DNA of 64,000 nt from Bacillota bacterium (lineage in GTDB: Bacteria; Bacillota; SHA-98; UBA4971), in NCBI GenBank assembly GCA_014360195.1, contig JACIXY010000001.1:305714-369713 (forward strand). Direction: 5' to 3'. Made by a program: the position numbers and the translations under genes. Below are positions 49,354 to 59,810 of the stretch, piece by piece. Position 1 is the stretch's first letter, and each line of letters begins with the position of its first letter. The notes below the pieces were generated by a model that saw only the letters and a list, made by a program, of their open reading frames with translations, was not told where the DNA came from and searched no databases.

Positions 49354-50733
49354 TTGCCTCAGAAGACGCGAAGATGCGCCTTCTACACTCTAGGGTGCAA
49401 GGTGAACCAATACGACACGGAAAGCCTCGCAAGGCTTTTCCGCGAGCGCGGCTACGACATCGTGGACTTCGAGTCCCTAGCGGACGTGTACTGCATCAAC
49501 ACGTGCACGGTCACGAGCACAAGTGAAAAGAAGTCCAGGCAGGCCATTCGCCGGGCGAAGCGGCGGAATCCTTCAGCCATCGTAGCTGTGGTGGGTTGCT
49601 ATGCGCAGGTCGCGCCGGATGAGGTGGCTTCCATACCCGGGGTCGACGTGGTCGCCGGGATTCGGGAGAGAGGAAAGCTCGTGGACCTTGTGGAGAAAGC
49701 CATGCAGGGCCAGGGTCCTGTGGTCGAAGTGCGCGGAGGCCGCCCCGGCGGCCCCTTTGAGGAGCTTCCTCTCGCGGGGCCGCACGCGAGGACTCGCGGG
49801 TTCATCAAGGTCCAGGAAGGCTGCGACGAGTTCTGCTCCTACTGCAGGGTGCCATACGCGCGTGGAGCGTCGAGAAGCCGGGACCCCGAAAGCGTGCTTG
49901 CTGAGGTGCAGAGGTTCGTGGAGGCGGGCCACAAGGAGATCGTCCTGACCGGTATCCACCTCGGGGCGTACGGCAGGGACCTGGGCGAGCTGGGGAACGG
50001 CGTCCGTCCGGACCTTGCGTGGCTCGTAGAGCGTGTCCACGAGGTGCCGGGACTCGGGCGGGTGAGGCTGAGCTCGGTGGAGCCTCTCGATGTGGATGAG
50101 CGCCTCATACGGGCTGTGGCGGCCCTTCCCAGGGTCGCAAAGCACTTCCACATACCGCTTCAGAGCGGCGACGATGATATCCTGGCGATGATGAACAGGA
50201 GATATCGGGCGTCCGACTACGAGCGTCTTATCGACCGGATCCGCGAGGAGATTTGGCCCGTGGGCATCACCACCGACATCATGGTGGGCTTCCCGGGCGA
50301 AACGGAGGAGAGGTTCGCGCGATCCTGCGAGTTTGCGAGGCGCATCGCTTTCTCGAGGATGCACGTGTTCGCGTACTCGCCCCGGCCCGGCACCCGCGCC
50401 GCCCGCATGAAGGCGCAGGTGGACCCCGCCACGAGGCACGCGCGGAGCGAGACCATGATCGCGCTAGGGCGCGAGCTCGGGCTTAAGTTTCACCAGAGCT
50501 TGGTGGGGTGCCGCGAAGAGGCGCTGGTGGAGGACTATGAAGTTGGCCGCGGTGTCGTGCGTGGGATCGGTAGCACCTACGTGAGAATCGAGTTTCCGGG
50601 AGAAGCGGACCTCGCAGGAGAGCTTGTCCCGGTGTCAGTTGTGGCTGCGGACCCGGACGGGGTCACGGCAAGAAGAGTTTTTCAACCAGAGGTCGCAGAG
50701 GAAGGATCGGAGAGGCGCGGGGAGAAGTTATAA
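49354..50733 (+). CDS. mtaB: tRNA t6A37 methylthiotransferase MtaB
   Basis: TLGCKVNQYDT, INTCTVT, GCYAQ, CDEFCSYC. Confidence 0.95.
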   Translation: MPQKTRRCAFYTLGCKVNQYDTESLARLFRERGYDIVDFESLADVYCINTCTVTSTSEKKSRQAIRRAKRRNPSAIVAVVGCYAQVAPDEVASIPGVDVVAGIRERGKLVDLVEKAMQGQGPVVEVRGGRPGGPFEELPLAGPHARTRGFIKVQEGCDEFCSYCRVPYARGASRSRDPESVLAEVQRFVEAGHKEIVLTGIHLGAYGRDLGELGNGVRPDLAWLVERVHEVPGLGRVRLSSVEPLDVDERLIRAVAALPRVAKHFHIPLQSGDDDILAMMNRRYRASDYERLIDRIREEIWPVGITTDIMVGFPGETEERFARSCEFARRIAFSRMHVFAYSPRPGTRAARMKAQVDPATRHARSETMIALGRELGLKFHQSLVGCREEALVEDYEVGRGVVRGIGSTYVRIEFPGEADLAGELVPVSVVAADPDGVTARRVFQPEVAEEGSERRGEKL

Positions 50734-50752
50734 TTATTAGGGAGGGACTGCA

Positions 50753-51139
50753 ATGACGGCTACCGAGACCGAGGCCCGTCCGCGCGTCGACGGGGTGGAG
50801 CGAGAGTGCCTGTTCTGCAGGATCGCAAGGCGCGAAGTTCCGGCGGATGTTGTGTACGAAGACGACCAGACGTTTGCCTTCCGCGACATCAATCCCCAGG
50901 CGCCCGTTCACGTGCTCGTCATCCCGAAGCGGCACGTAAGTTCCCTGGCCGAGCTGGCCGAGCCCGATGAGGCCCTGATGGGGCATCTTCTGGTTGTTGC
51001 CGCAAGGCTTGCATCCGAACTCGGGGTCGGCGACGGGTTCCGGGTGGTGGGAAACTGTGGCGAGATGGCGGGCCAGAGCGTCTTCCACATCCACTTGCAC
51101 ATTCTCGGAGGAAGACGACTTGGGTGGCCCCCTGGATGA
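50753..51139 (+). CDS. Histidine triad (HIT) nucleotide-binding protein
   Basis: CLFCRI, AFRDINPQAPVH, HIHLHILGGR. Confidence 0.95.
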   Translation: MTATETEARPRVDGVERECLFCRIARREVPADVVYEDDQTFAFRDINPQAPVHVLVIPKRHVSSLAELAEPDEALMGHLLVVAARLASELGVGDGFRVVGNCGEMAGQSVFHIHLHILGGRRLGWPPG

Positions 51140-51199
51140 CTGCCCTCCACAGGCCGGTGCGGGTTGCGGCGCAGGGCGCGGCGCTGCGCAGGTTCGAGA

Positions 51200-51229
51200 T
51201 TGACATGTGATCGAGCGCTGGGGTATAAT
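51200..51229 (+). promoter_or_regulatory. SigA promoter of rpsU
   Basis: TTGACA-18-TATAAT. Confidence 0.85.
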
Positions 51230-51341
51230 CTGGCGTAGGTCTTTTCGGCGAGTGCCCGACTGGTCTCCGCCACCACAGCTGGCTGCCTCAAGTCGCAGCA
51301 CCGTCGGGTAAAGATCGTGGTTGCGGAGGGAGGGAGATCGG

Positions 51342-51521
51342 ATGTCGGAGGTACGTGTCGGAAAAAACGAATCCCTCGATAGCGCGCTCCGCAGGTTCAA
51401 GCGGGAGTGCCAGAAGTCGGGAGTTTTCGCTGAACTTCGGAAGCACGAGCATTACGAGAAGCCGAGCGTGCGGCGGAAGAAGAAGTCTGAGGCCGCGCGC
51501 AAGCGTAGGTTCCGCTACTAG
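51342..51521 (+). CDS. rpsU: 30S ribosomal protein S21
   Basis: [23 protein letters not shown]. Confidence 0.97.
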   Translation: MSEVRVGKNESLDSALRRFKRECQKSGVFAELRKHEHYEKPSVRRKKKSEAARKRRFRY

Positions 51522-51616
51522 GCTTGGCATAGCGAGTGGTGCCCGACTCTCGTCGGGCATCATCTGTTATGAGGCGGAAGGCAGGCCACCGGGCCGGAGT
51601 AGAGCGGGGGGTTGAA

Positions 51617-52960
51617 ATGAGGCGCACATCCCATCGAATCACCGTGATTCTTCTCGCCCTGGCGCTGGCGGGCGGGTTTGCGCTCACGCTTGCGGCGGGA
51701 CGCGTATGCTCGCAGCAAGCTCCGGAGGACAAGACTGTATACGTGCTCAGCGTAGAGGGACCTATTGAGCCGGGCCTTGCGGCGTACCTGAAGAGAGGGT
51801 TCGAAGCCGCTCGGGACGCCCGGGCCGCGTGCGTCCTGATCGAGGTCGATACCTTCGGAGGCCGTGTTGATGCCGCCACCGAGATACGCGATCTCATTTT
51901 CGACCTCGGGGTACCTTCCGTGGCCTTCGTGAAAGGGAGGGCATGGTCGGCGGGAGCGCTAGTCACGCTCGCCGCCGAGAAGATCGCGATGGCTCCCGGC
52001 GCGAGCATCGGGGCGGCCGAGACCATCCCGAAGGAGGAGAAAGCCATCTCCGCGCTACGCGGCGAGTTCGAGGCAACTGCCGAGGCCAGAGGACGTGATC
52101 CCAGGGTCGCCGCGGCTATGGTCGATGCCGACATAGTCATAGAGGGTCTCATAGGACAGGGCAAGCTCCTCACCCTTACGGCGCAGAAAGCAAAGGAGCT
52201 TGGGCTCGCCGATCTCGTGGCGGGCACCAGGGGGGAGGTCCTGCGCAAGTTCGGCTTCGCCGACGCGGAGCTCGTGGAGGTGCAGCAAAACTGGGCTGAG
52301 AAGGTCGCCCGTTTCTTGACGGAGCCGACCGTAAGCTCGATACTTCTCATCATAGGCTTCCTGGGGCTCCTCTTCGAGGTTACCTCGCCCGGGTGGGGAG
52401 TGCCGGGTACGGCCGGATTGGTGGCCCTCGCGCTCTTTTTCGGCGGCAGGATGATGGCGGGCATCGCCGGGTGGGAGGTCGTGGGCCTCTTCATCCTGGG
52501 CTTCATCCTGCTTATGGTGGAGGCCTTCCTTATACCCGGATTCGGCGTCGCAGGCATCGGCGGGATCGTGGCCATATTCGCCTCGCTCGTCTTGAGCTTC
52601 AGGGATCTGCGCGAGGCCGCGTTCGTGATCTCATTCTCCCTCGTAGTTACGGCGTTCATCGTTGCAACGGCGTTCAAGTACCTCGGGAGATCGCCCGCCA
52701 TCGGACGGCTCATTCTGAGAACGAGCGAAGCCGCCCGCGAAGGTTACGTCGCGACGCCCGAGCGTCAGGCTTATCTGGGCCGGGTAGGAAGGACTCTGAC
52801 CGTAATGCGGCCGAGCGGCACCATACTCGTCGACGGCGCAAGGCTTGACGCGGTGTCAGAGGGGGATTTCATTCCGAAGGACGCCGTCGTAGAGGTCGTG
52901 GACGTCGCGGGGCCGCGCCTCGTGGTGCGCGTCCACGAGGAAAGTGAGCAGCGCATCTGA
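51617..52960 (+). CDS. nfeD: NfeD family membrane protein with ClpP-like domain (YqeZ-like)
   Basis: DTFGGRVD, AWSAGA, GKLLTLT, LIPGFG, C-terminal OB-fold RPSG. Confidence 0.88.
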   Translation: MRRTSHRITVILLALALAGGFALTLAAGRVCSQQAPEDKTVYVLSVEGPIEPGLAAYLKRGFEAARDARAACVLIEVDTFGGRVDAATEIRDLIFDLGVPSVAFVKGRAWSAGALVTLAAEKIAMAPGASIGAAETIPKEEKAISALRGEFEATAEARGRDPRVAAAMVDADIVIEGLIGQGKLLTLTAQKAKELGLADLVAGTRGEVLRKFGFADAELVEVQQNWAEKVARFLTEPTVSSILLIIGFLGLLFEVTSPGWGVPGTAGLVALALFFGGRMMAGIAGWEVVGLFILGFILLMVEAFLIPGFGVAGIGGIVAIFASLVLSFRDLREAAFVISFSLVVTAFIVATAFKYLGRSPAIGRLILRTSEAAREGYVATPERQAYLGRVGRTLTVMRPSGTILVDGARLDAVSEGDFIPKDAVVEVVDVAGPRLVVRVHEESEQRI

Positions 52961-53024
52961 CGCGTGAACCTCGAAAGGGAACCATCACACCATCACCATA
53001 AACGTAACCGGGAGGTAATGGAGT

Positions 53025-54047
53025 ATGGAGACAATGGGAGCGGCATACGCGTTTTTGATCCTGCCTGTCCTTATCATCGTCGGTTTGCTCATCCTGCTGA
53101 ACTTCGTGCCGGTGGGGCTCTGGGTATCCGCGTGGGCGGCCGGGGTGCACGTGGGCATCTTCACCTTAGTGGGGATGCGCTTGCGCCGGGTTCCGCCGGG
53201 GCGGATCATCCTGCCGCTCATCAAGGCGGTGAAGGCCGGCCTTCAAGTGAGCGTGGACAAGCTGGAGGCGCACTTCCTTGCCGGAGGCAACGTCGACCGT
53301 GTGGTTGACGCGCTCATCGCGGCCCAGCGGGCGGAGATCAATCTGTCGTTCGAGCGGGCGTGCGCCATAGACCTTGCGGGCAGAAACGTTCTGGAGGCCG
53401 TTCAGATGAGCGTGAATCCGAAGGTGATCGAGACGCCCGTGGTGGCTGCGGTCGCGAAGGACGGCATCGAGCTCAAGGCCAAGGCCCGGGTGACGGTGCG
53501 CGCCAACATCGACAGGCTCGTTGGCGGCGCGGGTGAGGCCACCATCATCGCGAGGGTCGGCGAAGGCGTGGTGACAACTGTGGGCTCGGCCGAAAGCCAC
53601 AAGGAGGTGCTGGAGAACCCCGACAAGATCTCCCGCACCGTGCTGAGCAAAGGCCTCGACGCGGGCACCGCCTTCGAGATACTTTCCATCGACATAGCCG
53701 ACGTGGACGTCGGAAGGAACATCGGCGCGCAACTACAGATGGACCAGGCCGAGGCCGACAAGAACATCGCACAGGCGAAGGCTGCCGAGCGGAGGTTCGC
53801 AGCGCTTGCGCGCGAGCAGGAGATGAAGGCGCAGGTTCAGGAAATGCGCGCAAGGGTGGTCGAGGCGGAGGCCGAGGTCCCGAAGGCGCTTGCGGAGGCG
53901 CTCCGCTCGGGCAAGCTTGGAGTCCTCGATTACTACCAGTTGCAAAACGTGCTGGCCGACACGCGCATGAGACAGTCTATAGCAAGTGTCAGCGAACCGC
54001 GGGAGCCCGTTGATGCGCCGCCCGCTGAAGACGAGAAAAAGAAGTGA
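53025..54047 (+). CDS. floA: Flotillin-like protein FloA (YqfA)
   Basis: [42 protein letters not shown]. Confidence 0.95.
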   Translation: METMGAAYAFLILPVLIIVGLLILLNFVPVGLWVSAWAAGVHVGIFTLVGMRLRRVPPGRIILPLIKAVKAGLQVSVDKLEAHFLAGGNVDRVVDALIAAQRAEINLSFERACAIDLAGRNVLEAVQMSVNPKVIETPVVAAVAKDGIELKAKARVTVRANIDRLVGGAGEATIIARVGEGVVTTVGSAESHKEVLENPDKISRTVLSKGLDAGTAFEILSIDIADVDVGRNIGAQLQMDQAEADKNIAQAKAAERRFAALAREQEMKAQVQEMRARVVEAEAEVPKALAEALRSGKLGVLDYYQLQNVLADTRMRQSIASVSEPREPVDAPPAEDEKKK

Positions 54048-54054
54048 TGATCTG

Positions 54055-54666
54055 ATGGATGCCATTTTCGGGCTTCTGTTTCTGCTCTATATGGTTGCCG
54101 TGGCCATAGCGGCCGTCTCAAAGGGGCGCCAGGGGAAGACCAGAGGCGCGGGCGCCCCGTGGCCCCGGATACCGCCGCTGGAGGCGCCGGGGACAGGGAC
54201 CGGCGCGGGCGTGCCGGCGAGCCCCGCTGTCGGCCCGGTGGCGTCCGAGGCCGAGGACGATATGACGGTGCAGCCCGGCCGCGCCCTCGAAGCCCGTCCG
54301 GAACCTCCGGCTTCCGAGGGGTCGGCCGCGACGCACCCGGTGTACCAGCGGGCCCCTGAGGAGACACGTGGGCGCGGGACGCGTCGGCGCTCGCCCGAGG
54401 AGTGGTTCTCTGAAGAAGGCCTTAGCCTGGAATGGGCGGAGGCTGGGGCATGGGGGACGGACAGGAGACCGGGCCGCCTCTCCGCGTCTTCAAAGCGCCG
54501 CGTCAGCGCATCGACCGAGGACCGCCGGGGGCGGCGCGACCTGCCCGAGGCGCGGGCTGCTACGGACATCATAGGCGAACTCGGCCCCGAGGAGCTCGTG
54601 CGCGCGATGGTGCTGGCTGAGGTGCTGGGCCCTCCCCGTGCCCTTAGACGCAGAATCAGGCTCTGA
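54055..54666 (+). CDS. Hypothetical protein (YqfB position)
   Basis: N-terminal TM, low-complexity middle, C-terminal AMVLAEVLGPPRA. Confidence 0.75.
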   Translation: MDAIFGLLFLLYMVAVAIAAVSKGRQGKTRGAGAPWPRIPPLEAPGTGTGAGVPASPAVGPVASEAEDDMTVQPGRALEARPEPPASEGSAATHPVYQRAPEETRGRGTRRRSPEEWFSEEGLSLEWAEAGAWGTDRRPGRLSASSKRRVSASTEDRRGRRDLPEARAATDIIGELGPEELVRAMVLAEVLGPPRALRRRIRL

Positions 54667-54719
54667 GTGAGGGTGCAGAAGCGCTTCCGACTTTTGGGAG
54701 GGGTCGCCGGTGACTCAAA
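54663..54719. repeat. 3'-truncated copy of the palindromic element (arm A + start of short core)
   Basis: CTGAGTGAGGGTGCAGAAGCGCTTCCGACTTTTGGGAGGGGTCGCCGGTGACTCAAA. Confidence 0.88.
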
Positions 54720-54797
54720 CATGAGGAGGACCCCAAAATGCGAACGCCCGACTGAAGCCTCCGGCTGCAGCCGGGCGTCATCGTCTGGTGGCAGGAT

Positions 54798-54937
54798 CTA
54801 AGTATGAGGTCATTAGTTTTCTCTCGTTTTCCGAGGTCTTGGGTTGCCGGTGACTCAAAGAGAGAGTGCAACACCGGCAGCCCTGCACGGCGCGTGCGCT
54901 CTCTGGAACTGGCGATTACTTATGGCGATCTACTTAG
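54798..54937. repeat. Palindromic element, short core, C-like left arm and divergent right arm (140 bp)
   Basis: CTAAGTA...TACTTAG ends; core GGGTTGCCGGTGACTCAAAGAGAGAGTGCAACACCGGCAGCCC. Confidence 0.85.
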
Positions 54938-55074
54938 GGGCAAGTTGCCCTGCGTGCAGGAATACACTTAAATAGTGCTGACGGTGTAACCACGGCCGCC
55001 TCCCCGGTCAGGTGCTCTGTGAAAGGGTCCGGTGGCGCGGAGAGCGGCCTGGCCCGAAAGGGACGGGAGGCACG

Positions 55075-55368
55075 ATGCAGGCTGGTGGCAAGGACGGCAT
55101 AACGGGCCGCGTAGAAGAGAGGCTTGCTGACCTCTTTGAGATTCCGAAGAACGTCCTCCTCGACATGCCGAGGATCGTCCTCGTGGGGAACGTGCAGCTG
55201 ACTGTGGAGAACCACCAGGGCATTGTCGAATACACGCAGCAGCGGGTCAGAGTGGCGACTTCGAGAGGCGAGGTCGCGGTGGAAGGCAGGGGCCTATCCA
55301 TCAGCAGGATCACGAAGACCGAGATAGCCATCGATGGGCGTATACACCGCATCGCGCTGTGGGAATAA
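55075..55368 (+). CDS. yqfC: Sporulation protein YqfC
   Basis: EIPKNVLLDMPRI, VENHQGIVEY. Confidence 0.9.
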   Translation: MQAGGKDGITGRVEERLADLFEIPKNVLLDMPRIVLVGNVQLTVENHQGIVEYTQQRVRVATSRGEVAVEGRGLSISRITKTEIAIDGRIHRIALWE

Positions 55369-55398
55369 GACTTACCCCGCCACGGGGAGGGGTGGTCC

Positions 55399-56619
55399 GT
55401 GGCTCTCGCGGACCTGTGGTCTTACTTCAAGGGGTATGTTATAATAGCAGTCAAGGGAAGGACCCTTGAGAAGTTCGTGAACACGGCCCTGGCGCGCGGG
55501 ATAGACCTCTGGGACATATCCAGGGTCGACGACCGCTCCCTCGTCGCAAGGGCCTATCTTCACGATCTTCCCTCTCTTGGGCGGATACTGAGGGAGACGG
55601 ATTGCCGGGGGCGAATCGAGGAGAAAGTGGGCGTGCCGTTCCTCGTGAGGAGGCTCGCCAGGCGAAAGGGCCTCGTCGCCGGTGCAATCCTCTTTTCTGT
55701 TGCGCTGTATGTGCTCTCGTCGTTCGTCTGGTTCGTGGACGTCTCAGGTGTCGAAAGGACGAAGCCCGAGGCCGTCCTCGAGCTGGCGGCGAGGCACGGG
55801 CTTCGCCCGGGTGTGCTGAAAAGATCCATCGATCCCGGGAAAGTCGCCAGGAGCATCCTGGCGGAGTTCCCCGACCTTGCGTGGGCGGCCGTCCACGTCA
55901 GGGGAACGATGGCGAGTATCGAGGTTGTAGAAAAGACCCTGCCTGATGTGAGTCCTGGTGTGGTGGATGTGGTGGCGGCGGAGGACGCGCTCGTTACCAA
56001 CATCATCGTGCTCTCCGGGGAACCGCTCGTGAGCGAGGGCGACACGGTCACGAAGGGCCAGGTGCTCATCGCGGGGCTCATCCTTTGGCCCCAGGACCAG
56101 GATGGCGAGTCGAAGACGGTCGAGGTTGTGAACGCCCGCGGAATAGTTCTCGGCAGGGTTTGGCGGACCCATTCGGAGAAATGCAGACTGGTGAAGGAGA
56201 TCGTCACGGAGACGGGCAGGGTGGCCCGGACGCGTCGCTTTACGGTCGGCGGGCTCACCTTTGTGGTCGGCCCGAAGGCTCCGCCCTTTGCCGACTACGA
56301 AGAGGACGAAAGATCGTACGCGGTGCCTCTTGGCGGCTGGTCCGGGTATTCCATCGGGCTTGATGTCGCGACGTATCGTGAGGTCATCCGCCGGGCCGAG
56401 GTCCTCGACAGGGATGAGGTGCTGGCCGAGGCGCGCGACAGGGCGCGAAGGGCCCTCGAGGCGAGGCTGCCACGAGGTGCCAGGGTCCTTGACGAGAGGG
56501 AAGACCTCAGGTACTCTCAAGGCGGAGTCCTGACGCTTACGATGACGATAGAGACTGCAGAGGATATAGCGAGGGAGAGGAGGCAAGAGCGGGAAATTGA
56601 ACGTCCAGACCGCTCCTGA
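55399..56619 (+). CDS. yqfD: Sporulation protein YqfD
   Basis: GYV, EKFVN, GVPF, LSSFVW, GDTVTKGQVLI. Confidence 0.9.
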   Translation: MALADLWSYFKGYVIIAVKGRTLEKFVNTALARGIDLWDISRVDDRSLVARAYLHDLPSLGRILRETDCRGRIEEKVGVPFLVRRLARRKGLVAGAILFSVALYVLSSFVWFVDVSGVERTKPEAVLELAARHGLRPGVLKRSIDPGKVARSILAEFPDLAWAAVHVRGTMASIEVVEKTLPDVSPGVVDVVAAEDALVTNIIVLSGEPLVSEGDTVTKGQVLIAGLILWPQDQDGESKTVEVVNARGIVLGRVWRTHSEKCRLVKEIVTETGRVARTRRFTVGGLTFVVGPKAPPFADYEEDERSYAVPLGGWSGYSIGLDVATYREVIRRAEVLDRDEVLAEARDRARRALEARLPRGARVLDEREDLRYSQGGVLTLTMTIETAEDIARERRQEREIERPDRS

Positions 56620-57574
56620 AAGGCTACCGCTCAGGGACGTGCACGAGGCCATGGCCCTCTTCGGAAGACGCGATGAGACGCTGCGACTCGTTGAGAAAGA
56701 GCTTGGCGTCACCATATCGTCCCGCGGGGACGATGTGGCCATCGATGGTGACCCGGTCAAGGTGGCAAGGGCTCGCCAGGTGCTCACGGAGCTTCTGGAG
56801 ATCGTGAGGGCCGGCCATCGGCTCACAACGGGCGACATCAGGTACGCTATAGATATGGTGAGAGAGGGCAGTGGGACAAGCCTCGTGGACGTCATGAGCG
56901 ACGTCGTCCAGGTTACCACCAGGGGCAAGCGGATATGCCCCAAGACCCTGGGCCAGAAGAGGTACATCGAGGCGATGCGGAGGTCGGGCATAGTCTTTGC
57001 CATCGGCCCCGCCGGCACGGGCAAGACTTATCTCGCCATGGCGATGGCCATTGCGGCGCTCAAGAACAAGGAGATATCGCGGATCGTGCTGACGCGCCCC
57101 GTGGTTGAGGCCGGCGAGAAGCTGGGCTTTTTGCCGGGCGATCTTCAGGAGAAGGTTGACCCGTACCTGAGGCCTCTCTATGACGCCATATACGACATAG
57201 TCGGCGTTGACACGTTCAGAAAGCACATGGAGAGAGGCATCATCGAGATCGCGCCTCTTGCGTACATGCGCGGGCGGACTCTTGATGACTCCTTCATCAT
57301 CCTGGATGAGGCGCAGAACACCACGCACGAGCAGATGAAGATGTTCCTGACGAGGATGGGGTTCGGCTCGAGAGTGGTCGTGACGGGGGACCTCACCCAG
57401 ATTGACCTTCCGAGCCGGAAGTTCTCGGGTCTCGAGGAGGTCCAGTATATCCTGCGGGGCGTCGAAGGGGTCGAATTCGTGTACCTCACCGACAGGGACG
57501 TGGTGCGCAACGAGCTTGTCCAGAAAGTCATAAGGGCTTACGAAAGGTACGAGCACGAGAAGGGAGAGGCATAG
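56597..57574 (+). CDS. phoH: PhoH family ATPase
   Basis: GPAGTGKTYLA, LAYMRGRTL, DEAQN, TGDLTQIDL. Confidence 0.95.
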   Translation: MNVQTAPERLPLRDVHEAMALFGRRDETLRLVEKELGVTISSRGDDVAIDGDPVKVARARQVLTELLEIVRAGHRLTTGDIRYAIDMVREGSGTSLVDVMSDVVQVTTRGKRICPKTLGQKRYIEAMRRSGIVFAIGPAGTGKTYLAMAMAIAALKNKEISRIVLTRPVVEAGEKLGFLPGDLQEKVDPYLRPLYDAIYDIVGVDTFRKHMERGIIEIAPLAYMRGRTLDDSFIILDEAQNTTHEQMKMFLTRMGFGSRVVVTGDLTQIDLPSRKFSGLEEVQYILRGVEGVEFVYLTDRDVVRNELVQKVIRAYERYEHEKGEA

Positions 57575-57585
57575 GGGGGAGTCGC

Positions 57586-59778
57586 GTGCCTGTTCCGACG
57601 GGAAAGCCTGCCGCAAACCTGACAGCGGCACCGGAGAAGAGGATTGGGCTCTGGTCCGATCCTGTGCTTCACCGCGCCCTGGTGGCGGCAGGTGTCACCA
57701 TCGCGCTGGTCCTGATCCTCTCGGCGATCCTCGTCCCGAGGCGCGTAGACCTGGAGGTCGGCCAGCCGAGCAAGGTTGACGTGGAGGCCTCCCGTGACAT
57801 CATCAACCGTCCTGCCACCGAGCGGCTACGCGAGGAGGCGGCGAGGGAAGCCATAAAGGAGGCCAACGCGTCGCCGGCGAACTACGACATCAGCCTTGCT
57901 GCGAGCATCAGCGCCGAGGACACCATAGATCTCATATTCAGTGCCATTGCCGATGAGCGCCGGAAGCTGGGCGTGGTGCAACAGGGCGTAAACAATCAGG
58001 GAGGCGAACCTGCCTTGCACCGCGGTGGTATCGAGAACGCCGTCTCCCGGTTGTCCGCCAGGGCCGCCAGGGACTTCGGCACGAGGCTCTCCCGCGAGAC
58101 TCTTGCTACCCTTATGGTCCTCTCCCAGGAGGAGTTTGAGGCGGCGAGGGCGGGAGCCAAGTCGGTAGTCGGACGGATCATGAGAGAGATGCGGGTCAGC
58201 AAGGAGACGCTTGACGCCGCAACGAAGCGGGCCGCCGACGCCGTCGGGTCCCTTGGCTTGCCCGACGCGACCCAAAAGGCAGTCACCGAGGTCGTTGCAA
58301 GCCAGATAAGCCCGAACCTGGTCCTTAACCCCGGAAAGGTGGAGAAGGCGCGCGAGGCCGCCATCCGTCAGGTCAAGCCGGTGATGATCCTTAAAGGCCA
58401 GGTGGTCATCAGGCGCGGCGAGATCGCCACTGAAGACCACATCGCCATCTTGCAGGACCTGGGGCTCCTCGCGCCGAGGTTCAACCCCTTCATGCTTGGG
58501 AGTATCTTCATCCTTGTTGTGGTGCTGGTCGCCGTAATCGGGGTGTACCTGTATCTTCATCGGCGTGACGTCTTTTACAGCGCGAAACTCCTGCTGCTCC
58601 TTGGCACGGTCATCGTGATGATCGCCCTTGCCGCTGCCGTGATATGCTCCATCCCATGGCCCGGTGCGGGCTTCCTGGTGCCGGTGAGCCTCGGGACCAT
58701 GCTCATAGCCGTGCTCGTGGACGCGAGGCTGTCAGCTCTCTCCGCGATCGTGTTCGGCGCCCTCACAGGTGTGATCGGCGGGGGATCGTTCCCTGTGGCT
58801 ACGGCAGCTACCGTCTCAGGGCTTGCGGGCACCTTCTGCGTTACCAGGATATCAGAGCGCTCTGACCTCATGCGGGCGGGCACTGTGGTGGGTGCCGCGG
58901 GAGCTCTCGTTATAGCGGCCATCGGGCCACCGGTGGGGGATCCGTCCATTTCGCGGTTCTGGTACCTGGGCCTCATAAACGGCGTCCTGTCCACAGTGGT
59001 GACAATCGGGTTTCTGCCGTTCTTCGAGAATCTGTTCCGCATAACGTCCTCCATCAAGCTGCTGGAGCTTTCCAACCCGACCCAGCCGCTCCTCAGGAGG
59101 TTACTGGTGGAGGCGCCGGGGACGTACCACCACAGCATAATCGTGGGGAACCTGGCCGAAGCCGCCGCAGAGGCGGTGGGGGCCGACTCGCTCCTTGTGC
59201 GGGTGGGCTCATACTACCACGACGTGGGCAAAATGAAACGCCCCTACTTCTTCGTGGAGAACCAGCTCATGCAGGATAACCCTCATGACAAGATAGCTCC
59301 CACTCTGAGCACCCTTGTCATAACGTCCCACGTGAAGGACGGGGTCGAGTTGGCGATTCGCCACCGGCTCCCGGAGGCCATCATTGACATCATCCGGGAG
59401 CACCATGGGACCAGCCTGGTGCCGTACTTCTACCACAAGGCCACGGACGGAGGGCGGGAGGAGACCGTGGATGAGAAGGACTTCCGGTATCCCGGTCCCA
59501 AGCCTCAGACCAAGGAGGCTGCCATAGTCATGCTGGCCGACTCGGTGGAGGCGGCGGTGCGGTCGCTGGCCAGGCCCACGCCCGGCCGAATTGAGGGGCT
59601 CGTGCGGAAGATAATAAAGGAAAGGCTTGCGGACGGGCAATTCGACGAGTGCGACCTGACGTTGAAAGACCTCGACGGGGTCGCTCGGGCTTTCGTGCGG
59701 GTGCTCACAGGCATATTCCACGCCAGGATCGAGTATCCCGACACCAGCCTCAAAGACCTCGAGGCCAAGCGGGCGTAG
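57586..59778 (+). CDS. 7TM-HD domain phosphohydrolase (PgpH-like c-di-AMP phosphodiesterase)
   Basis: Extracellular domain, 7 TM, EAPGTYHHS, YYHDVGK, EHHGT, MLADSVEAA. Confidence 0.88.
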   Translation: MPVPTGKPAANLTAAPEKRIGLWSDPVLHRALVAAGVTIALVLILSAILVPRRVDLEVGQPSKVDVEASRDIINRPATERLREEAAREAIKEANASPANYDISLAASISAEDTIDLIFSAIADERRKLGVVQQGVNNQGGEPALHRGGIENAVSRLSARAARDFGTRLSRETLATLMVLSQEEFEAARAGAKSVVGRIMREMRVSKETLDAATKRAADAVGSLGLPDATQKAVTEVVASQISPNLVLNPGKVEKAREAAIRQVKPVMILKGQVVIRRGEIATEDHIAILQDLGLLAPRFNPFMLGSIFILVVVLVAVIGVYLYLHRRDVFYSAKLLLLLGTVIVMIALAAAVICSIPWPGAGFLVPVSLGTMLIAVLVDARLSALSAIVFGALTGVIGGGSFPVATAATVSGLAGTFCVTRISERSDLMRAGTVVGAAGALVIAAIGPPVGDPSISRFWYLGLINGVLSTVVTIGFLPFFENLFRITSSIKLLELSNPTQPLLRRLLVEAPGTYHHSIIVGNLAEAAAEAVGADSLLVRVGSYYHDVGKMKRPYFFVENQLMQDNPHDKIAPTLSTLVITSHVKDGVELAIRHRLPEAIIDIIREHHGTSLVPYFYHKATDGGREETVDEKDFRYPGPKPQTKEAAIVMLADSVEAAVRSLARPTPGRIEGLVRKIIKERLADGQFDECDLTLKDLDGVARAFVRVLTGIFHARIEYPDTSLKDLEAKRA

Positions 59779-59810
59779 GCCATACGCTCGTCTGCATGGA
59801 GGGGTCGTGC

